From NCBI GenBank assembly GCA_049325515.1, contig JBMOLI010000011.1:25022-89021 (forward strand): a DNA stretch of 64,000 bases, read 5' to 3'. The notes beneath the pieces were generated by a model. It did no database searches. It saw nothing but the letters and a program-made list of their open reading frames with translations, and had not been told where the DNA came from. Source of the stretch: Actinomycetota bacterium. Lineage in GTDB: Bacteria; Actinomycetota; Acidimicrobiia; Acidimicrobiales; VFJN01. The stretch's first letter is position 1. Every line of letters begins with the position of its first letter. The position numbers and the translations under genes are program-made. Below, piece by piece: positions 58,866 through 64,000 of this stretch.

Positions 58866-59662
58866 TCGCCCACGAGACCCCATCCTTCAGCTGGCGCAGG
58901 GTCTGGGCGGTCGTCAGTCGCCAGGCTCTCGTGCAGTACCGCAACCCCGGCATGTGGTTCCTGCTGCTCGCCCTTCCCGTGGTCGACGCGCTGCTGTTCA
59001 CCTCGATCGGCGTTGCTTACGGCAGCGGCGATGGCCCGGTGCGCGTGCTGTTCACCGGCATCCTGCTCTTCCACCTGGTCTGGCAGCTCACTCTGGCGGG
59101 ATCGCTCGGCTTCCTCGAGGAGGTCTGGTCGCGCAACGTCCTCAACCTCTTCACGACTCCGGTGCGCGAGATCGAGTACGCCACCGCGCTCGGGGTCGTC
59201 GGGCTGATGCGAACGCTCATCGCCGTGGTCCTGATCGGCGCAGTCGGTGGCGGCATGTACGCCGTCGATCCAGCTTCGGCCGGCTGGGTGCTGGCCCCCG
59301 CCGCCGCGGTGCTGCTGATCTTCGGCTGGGCGGTGGCCTTGCTCGTCGTCGGCCTCACCCTCCAGTTCGGCGACAGCGCCGAAGTGTTCTCGTGGGGCAC
59401 CTTGGTGCTGCTCATGCCGCTGTCCGGAGTCTTCTACCCGGTCGAGGCGCTGCCGGGAGGTCTGCAGGCAGTGGCGCGGGCCATCCCGCTCACGCGCGCC
59501 TTCGATGCGACCCGGATCGGCATCGAGGGCGGTGGCGTCGCCGAGGGCGACCTGCTCATCGCCGCGCTGGGCTCGGTGGTCGCGGTGGCGCTGGCCTTCT
59601 GGTTCGTCCTCCGCCAGCTGCGTCGCTTCCGCGAGATGGGCTGGATCACCCGCTTCACCTGA
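58862..59662 (+). CDS. ABC-2 type transporter permease
   Basis: GTG overlaps the ATPase stop (GTGA). Six hydrophobic helices are predicted. Confidence 0.8.
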   Translation: MIAHETPSFSWRRVWAVVSRQALVQYRNPGMWFLLLALPVVDALLFTSIGVAYGSGDGPVRVLFTGILLFHLVWQLTLAGSLGFLEEVWSRNVLNLFTTPVREIEYATALGVVGLMRTLIAVVLIGAVGGGMYAVDPASAGWVLAPAAAVLLIFGWAVALLVVGLTLQFGDSAEVFSWGTLVLLMPLSGVFYPVEALPGGLQAVARAIPLTRAFDATRIGIEGGGVAEGDLLIAALGSVVAVALAFWFVLRQLRRFREMGWITRFT

Positions 59663-59706
59663 AGCGCGCGACAGGTCAGCCGCCGTCATGCGGCGAACTG
59701 TCCCTT

Positions 59707-60741
59707 ATGTCCCTCCTCGCTCGCCCGCGGGTCGCCCTTGCCGGCCTGGGTCTGGCGGTGCTCGCCGCCGGGCTCCTCACCCCGATCGCGCGCGCAGATG
59801 ATCCGAGGCCCGTCTACATCGCACTGGGCGACTCCTACACGGCGGCGCCTCTCATCTCGAAGCCGGTCGGCGAGTGGGGAGGCGAGGGCAACGGCTACAG
59901 CAACCCGGATGACCCCTACACCTGCGGGCGCAGCGATCGGAACTACCCGCATCTGATAGCGCGGCACCTGGGGCTCTACGACCCTGACGACATCGCCAAC
60001 GAGATCGGCGAGCACCCGGAGCACCCCGGCTTCATCGACATCTCGTGTGGCAGTGCCAAGACGGAGGACATGGAGGCGCCACAGGACGGCTTGCCCGGCG
60101 GTGGCCACAACCGCGCGCAGTTCGACGCCTTCGGGCCAGACTTCGTCGACCCTGAGCACGAGGTGGTCACCCTCGTGACGCTCGGCATCGGCGGCAACGA
60201 CCTCGGCTTCGGCGAGCTGAGCGACAAGTGCGTGCAGGCACCGCACATGCCAGGCGGCCGGCCCTGCCACGAGTACTACGAGAACGCGGGCGCCGGTGGC
60301 GGCGACCTCCTCCGGGACCGCCTCGCCCAGCTGGCGCTCGACCTCGGCGGGGTTCTCGATGGGATCGGTGTCCGCGCACCCGAAGCAGAGGTGCTCGTGT
60401 TCGGGTACCCGGCGCTGCTACCGGAGTACCAGGACGGCTGCTATCCCTACATCCCGATCCTGCCGGAGGACGCTGCCTACCTGCGCGAGGTCGAGAAGGA
60501 CCTCAACCGCACCATCCGGGTCGTCGCAGAGGCGCGCGGCGCGCACTACGTCGACTGGTACTCCCCGAGCATCGGTCACGACATGTGCCAGCCACCTGGG
60601 GTGGCCTGGGTGAACGGGATTGTGCTGGCTCCGCCGTCCTATCCGGTGCACCCCAACCTGCTTGGCACGCAGGGTGCAGCCAACGCCGGCATCGGCGTGC
60701 TCGAAGCGATCGACTTCGACTTCGGCGCAACCTCCACCTGA
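59707..60741 (+). CDS. secreted SGNH/GDSL hydrolase
   Basis: Signal peptide MSLLARPRVALAGLGLAVLAAGLLTPIARA, block I YIALGDSYTA, block II/III LGIGGNDLGF and a C-terminal HPN context. The ORF-track frame extends upstream to 58954 over the permease gene. Confidence 0.8.
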   Translation: MSLLARPRVALAGLGLAVLAAGLLTPIARADDPRPVYIALGDSYTAAPLISKPVGEWGGEGNGYSNPDDPYTCGRSDRNYPHLIARHLGLYDPDDIANEIGEHPEHPGFIDISCGSAKTEDMEAPQDGLPGGGHNRAQFDAFGPDFVDPEHEVVTLVTLGIGGNDLGFGELSDKCVQAPHMPGGRPCHEYYENAGAGGGDLLRDRLAQLALDLGGVLDGIGVRAPEAEVLVFGYPALLPEYQDGCYPYIPILPEDAAYLREVEKDLNRTIRVVAEARGAHYVDWYSPSIGHDMCQPPGVAWVNGIVLAPPSYPVHPNLLGTQGAANAGIGVLEAIDFDFGATST

Positions 60742-60767
60742 GCGAGGCGCGGCTCGTCGCTCGCGGG

Positions 60768-61754
60768 TTACCCGTTGGCCACCGGATAGCGGCGCGCCAA
60801 GTCGGCCAGGGTGGTGAGGCAGTCACGGGCGCACTCACTGATGATCTCGGCGACGGGGCGGATCTCGTCGATGCGGCCGGCGACCTGCCCGGATAGCGCG
60901 ATCGCCGCTTCCATGTCGCCTCCGAAGTAGAGGTCCATGGCGTTGGCGAACAACCCCATGGCGTTCGACTCGGTGTCGAACTCGAGGGCGTTGGTGCGCT
61001 CGGTGCGCAGCGCGCGAAGCGCTGGACTGGTGTGCTGGTTGAGGAAGACGGTGTCGGTCTCGGCCGCGTCGAGCACGGCCTTCTTCCAGTTGTCGTGGAT
61101 CGGCGACTCGGCCGACGACACCATCCGCGTGCCGAGCTGCACGCCCTCTGCTCCCAGAGCAAGGGCCGCCGCCATGGTGGGTCCGTCGAGGAAGCCTCCG
61201 GCCGCGATCACCGGTACGTCGACCTTGGAGACCACCAGCGGCAGCAGCACCATCGTCGAGACGGGGCGCGGGCTCTTGAAGCCGCCGCCCTCGCCACCTT
61301 CCACGATGAGCCCGTCGACGCCCGCGTCGACAGCCTTGAGCGCACCGACCAGGTTGGGCACCACGTGGACGACGGTCAGGCCCGCCTCCTTCAGCGGGGC
61401 CGTGTACTTCATGGGGCTGCCGGCCGAGGTGGTCACGAACTTCACGCCCTGCTCGGCCACGAACTCGACGATCGACGGGTCGCGCACGAAGGCCTGCGCG
61501 ATGTTCACGCCGAAGGGCCGGTCGGTCAGGTCGCGCATCTTGCGGATCTCGTCGCGGATGATGTCGAGCTCGCCGGAGGACGTCTCGATGATCCCCATCG
61601 CGCCGGCGTTGGACACCGCGCTGGCGAGCTGCGAGCGGGCGATCCATCCCATCGGCGCCTGCACGATCGGGATGTCGACCCCGAGCATCGCGGTCACGCG
61701 GTTCGAGAAGGTGGCGCTGGACGTCGTTGCGGTCACGCCGTCATCCTGCCCCAT
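60768..61754 (-). CDS. nitronate monooxygenase / FabK-like FMN oxidoreductase
   Basis: IPIVQAPMGWIA ... AGAMGII ... VIAAGGFLDG typical of the NMO (2-nitropropane dioxygenase) family. Confidence 0.85.
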   Translation of the reverse strand: MGQDDGVTATTSSATFSNRVTAMLGVDIPIVQAPMGWIARSQLASAVSNAGAMGIIETSSGELDIIRDEIRKMRDLTDRPFGVNIAQAFVRDPSIVEFVAEQGVKFVTTSAGSPMKYTAPLKEAGLTVVHVVPNLVGALKAVDAGVDGLIVEGGEGGGFKSPRPVSTMVLLPLVVSKVDVPVIAAGGFLDGPTMAAALALGAEGVQLGTRMVSSAESPIHDNWKKAVLDAAETDTVFLNQHTSPALRALRTERTNALEFDTESNAMGLFANAMDLYFGGDMEAAIALSGQVAGRIDEIRPVAEIISECARDCLTTLADLARRYPVANG

Positions 61755-61814
61755 CTGCGTTCTCGGGCGATCTACCCGTCGATGGGACCAGCTTTCAGCC
61801 CGAGAACGACGCCA

Positions 61815-62687
61815 TCACAAGTGCTCGAGCTGGCCGCGGGGCAGGGTGCCTGTGACCAGGCCGAGGAGCTGGCGCAGCATCGCTCCGGTGGCTCCCCAGA
61901 CGGTGTCGCCGACCAGCTCGAAGAAGAAGATGGGGCGGTCCTCGGCCCACGGGAGCTGCCAGCGCTCCTCTCGGAAGATGGCGGGATCGAGCAGCTCCTC
62001 GACCCGCACGTGGAGAACGGCCGAGACCTCGCCGGGGTTGGCTGTCGTGCTCGGGCGGCCGGGCAGCTCGGCGACATAGGGGACGATGTAGGAGTGGCTC
62101 GTCACGGTCGCCAGGTGGTCGAGCTCGCCGATCAGTGTGACGTCGTCGGTGGGCAGCGCGATCTCCTCGCGGGTCTCGCGCAGAGCCGTCTGCCAGAGAT
62201 CCGCGTCATCGTCGTCCTGACGACCGCCGGGGAAGCTCACCTCGCCTGAGTGCGACCGAAGGTTCCACGTTCGGCGCGTCAGCACGATGAAGAGCTCGCC
62301 ATCCTCTTCGTAGAGGAGCGCCAGCACCGCCGCGGCCCGGTCGAGGTCGGGCATCGTCTCGCGCTCGGAGCGCAGGGCGGGGCCGGCCTCACGCAGCGCC
62401 CGCCGCACGTCGTGGAGGGCGAGGCGGCGCTGCTCCGGTGTGAGGTGCGCCCACGGAGCGGGCCGGCCTGCGCGCGTGGCGAGCGGCCGCGGGATGATCT
62501 GATCGCCACCTCGGCCTTCCGGGACCGGCAGAGGCGGCGGCGGAAAGCCCTCACCGGGTCGGGGCCAACCCGGCATGCCCAACCTGGCGGCTTCTCGTGC
62601 CGACAGCACCGGAGGGTCGACCCCGTCGAAGGGGTCGGTGACTGCCTCCTCGAGCGGGTCGTCGGTGGTGGGATCAGACGGCGGCAT
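61815..62687 (-). CDS. NUDIX hydrolase, CoA pyrophosphatase subgroup
   Basis: VLTRRTWNLRSHSGEVSFPGG (the CoA-pyrophosphatase signature upstream of the Nudix box) followed by the Nudix box ALRETREEIAL. Start ATG 62687 preferred over 62735. Confidence 0.8.
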   Translation of the reverse strand: MPPSDPTTDDPLEEAVTDPFDGVDPPVLSAREAARLGMPGWPRPGEGFPPPPLPVPEGRGGDQIIPRPLATRAGRPAPWAHLTPEQRRLALHDVRRALREAGPALRSERETMPDLDRAAAVLALLYEEDGELFIVLTRRTWNLRSHSGEVSFPGGRQDDDDADLWQTALRETREEIALPTDDVTLIGELDHLATVTSHSYIVPYVAELPGRPSTTANPGEVSAVLHVRVEELLDPAIFREERWQLPWAEDRPIFFFELVGDTVWGATGAMLRQLLGLVTGTLPRGQLEHL

Positions 62688-62838
62688 CGGCGCCCTGGGC
62701 CGCCACAAGCGCCTCGAGCAGATCTCGCAGCCCATGGGTCTTCATGTTGCTGATGACCTTGCCGGGCGGCGTCTCACCCTTCTCCCACTCCATCCAGTCG
62801 TGAAGGATCTTGGCGGGGTCAGGGGCCGGTCTGTCCAT
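62674..62838 (-). CDS. possible small protein (54 aa), hypothetical
   Basis: Hand translation from ATG 62838 gives MDRPAPDPAKILHDWMEWEKGETPPGKVISNMKTHGLRDLLEALVAAQGADAAV with the stop at 62676-62674. Third codon positions are mostly G/C. The 3' end overlaps the NUDIX ATG by 14 nt. No SD seen. Below the ORF-track cutoff. Confidence 0.35.
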   Translation of the reverse strand: MDRPAPDPAKILHDWMEWEKGETPPGKVISNMKTHGLRDLLEALVAAQGADAAV

Positions 62839-62904
62839 GGCTCGGAGGCTACCGGCGCACCTGCTGGTTCGACCCCGTCAGCCGTGGTCGGCCACGCTTG
62901 AGGG

Positions 62905-63504
62905 GTGACCAGGCCCCTCGTGCTCGCATCTGCCTCGCCGGTTCGCCTGCGCGTGCTCCGCGAGGGCGGGTTCTCGCCGGAGGTCATGGTGAGCGGCGTC
63001 GACGAGGACGACGTAGCGGGCTCGACCCACGACGTCGCGCTCGTGCTGGCCGAGCGGAAGGCAGCCACCATCGCCGCTCGTCTCAATGGTGACGGCGCCC
63101 TGGTGCTCGGCTGCGACACCGTGCTGGACGTGGATGGCGAGACGCGCGGCAAGCCGCGGTCGATCCAGCAGGCGCGGGAGTGGTGGTCCTCCGTGGCAGG
63201 TCGGTCCGCCCTGCTGCACTCGGGCCTGTGCGTGATCGACACGGCCACCGGCAAGCAGGCCAGTGGCGTCGCCTCAACCGTCGTCCGATACGGCACCCCG
63301 ACCGACGCTGAGATGGACGCATACCTGGCCACGAAGGAGCCGTTGGAGGTGGCGGGCGCCTTCACGATCGATGGCTACGCGGCGCCCTTCGTCGAAGGCA
63401 TCGACGGCGACCATGGGGCCGTCCTCGGTCTCTCGCTCCCGCTGCTGCGACGCCTGCTGGCGGACATCGACGTCGCCATCACGGATCTGTGGGTGCGCCA
63501 GTGA
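62905..63504 (+). CDS. maf: Maf family nucleoside triphosphate pyrophosphatase
   Basis: LVLASASPVRLRVL N-terminus, the KA..IA and GCDTV contexts, and GAFTIDG. Confidence 0.9.
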   Translation: MTRPLVLASASPVRLRVLREGGFSPEVMVSGVDEDDVAGSTHDVALVLAERKAATIAARLNGDGALVLGCDTVLDVDGETRGKPRSIQQAREWWSSVAGRSALLHSGLCVIDTATGKQASGVASTVVRYGTPTDAEMDAYLATKEPLEVAGAFTIDGYAAPFVEGIDGDHGAVLGLSLPLLRRLLADIDVAITDLWVRQ

Positions 63505-63505
63505 C

Positions 63506-63574
63506 AACAACCAACGTCTGTGAACACCCACGTCCGCATACCGGCCATCCGGGTTCACAGACGTTGGTAGTTGG
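63506..63574 (-). repeat. 65-nt palindromic intergenic repeat, copy 5 (core inverted; right arm degenerate)
   Basis: Left arm AACAACCAACGTCTGTGAAC (63506-63525) begins 2 nt after the maf stop. Core is acccacgtccgcataccggccatccgg. Right arm is GTTCACAGACGTTGG (63553-63567) followed by TAGTTGG. Confidence 0.85.
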
Positions 63575-63578
63575 GGGG

Positions 63579-64000
63579 TTGACGGTCGAGCCGCCCGTGG
63601 TGCTGGCGCCGATGGCCGGCGTCACGGACGCGCCGTTCAGGGGGGTGTGCTCGCGGTTCGGGGCGGGGCTGTACGTGTCGGAGATGATCACGGCAAGGGC
63701 CCTCGTCGAGCGCAACGAGCGCACCCTGTCGATGCTGCGCTTCGACGGGTCCGAGGACACCAGGTCCGTGCAGCTCTACGGCACCGACCCGCGCACGCTC
63801 AGTGAGGCGGTGCGATTCCTGATCGGTGACATCGGGGTCGATCACGTCGACATGAACTTCGGCTGCCCGGTGCCGAAGGTGACCCGCAAGGGCGGCGGGG
63901 CAGCCCTCCCCGTGAGGCGGGCTCTTCTGCGCGACATCGTTCGGGCCGCCGTAGCGGCTGCCGGGCCTGTGCCCGTCACGATCAAGTTCCGCATGGGCGT
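63579..64000 (+). CDS. dus: tRNA-dihydrouridine synthase, 5' part (runs off the right edge)
   Basis: Hand translation gives LTVEPPVVLAPMAGVTDAPFRGVC...YVSEMITARAL...VQLYG...DMNFGCPVPKVTRKGGGAAL, matching the Dus motifs APMAGVTD and D-x-N-x-GCP. Start is TTG 63579 or GTG 63597. Confidence 0.85.
   Translation, partial: MTVEPPVVLAPMAGVTDAPFRGVCSRFGAGLYVSEMITARALVERNERTLSMLRFDGSEDTRSVQLYGTDPRTLSEAVRFLIGDIGVDHVDMNFGCPVPKVTRKGGGAALPVRRALLRDIVRAAVAAAGPVPVTIKFRMG

Overview
This is a 64-kb, very GC-rich chromosomal segment (by eye well above 65% G+C; not computed). Its gene content looks actinobacterial: two WhiB regulators, an F420-type LLM oxidoreductase, GuaB/GuaB3/GuaA, monomeric isocitrate dehydrogenase and a b558-type SdhCAB. 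About 60 protein genes can be supported, and most are core functions. They cover the TCA cycle (sdhCAB, mdh, icd, sucCD), folate and purine metabolism (metF, folD, purH, purN, guaA, guaB, guaB3), DNA repair (Fpg/Nei, PcrA/UvrD), envelope functions (HtrA-like protease, TatA, DedA, amidase, lipoprotein) and transport (ArsR-SulP, ABC-2). Many gene pairs overlap by 1-8 nt at stop/start (ATGA, GTGA, TGATG), which helped fix start codons. The ORF track's long N-terminal extensions and long antisense ORFs are typical high-GC artefacts. I saw no rRNA, tRNA, CRISPR array or transposase. Six things deserve a second look. (1) Five copies of a 65-nt palindromic element sit at gene boundaries; two of them supply the stop codon of a gene, and two nearly identical direct copies bracket the arsR-sulP cassette. 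(2) A 353-codon intein interrupts helicase motif III of PcrA/UvrD. (3) A translationally coupled operon encodes a CGNR zinc-finger regulator, an orphan PEP-utilising 'swivel' phosphohistidine domain and two proteins I cannot place. (4) A restriction-modification-like pair combines an N4/N6 DNA methyltransferase carrying an extra C-terminal domain with an unrecognised 333-aa partner. (5) Two structured tandem-repeat intergenic regions lie at 33883-34030 and 20130-20270. (6) Several short genes are absent from the ORF track, including tatA. All functional calls come from motif recognition by eye; no database search was run.
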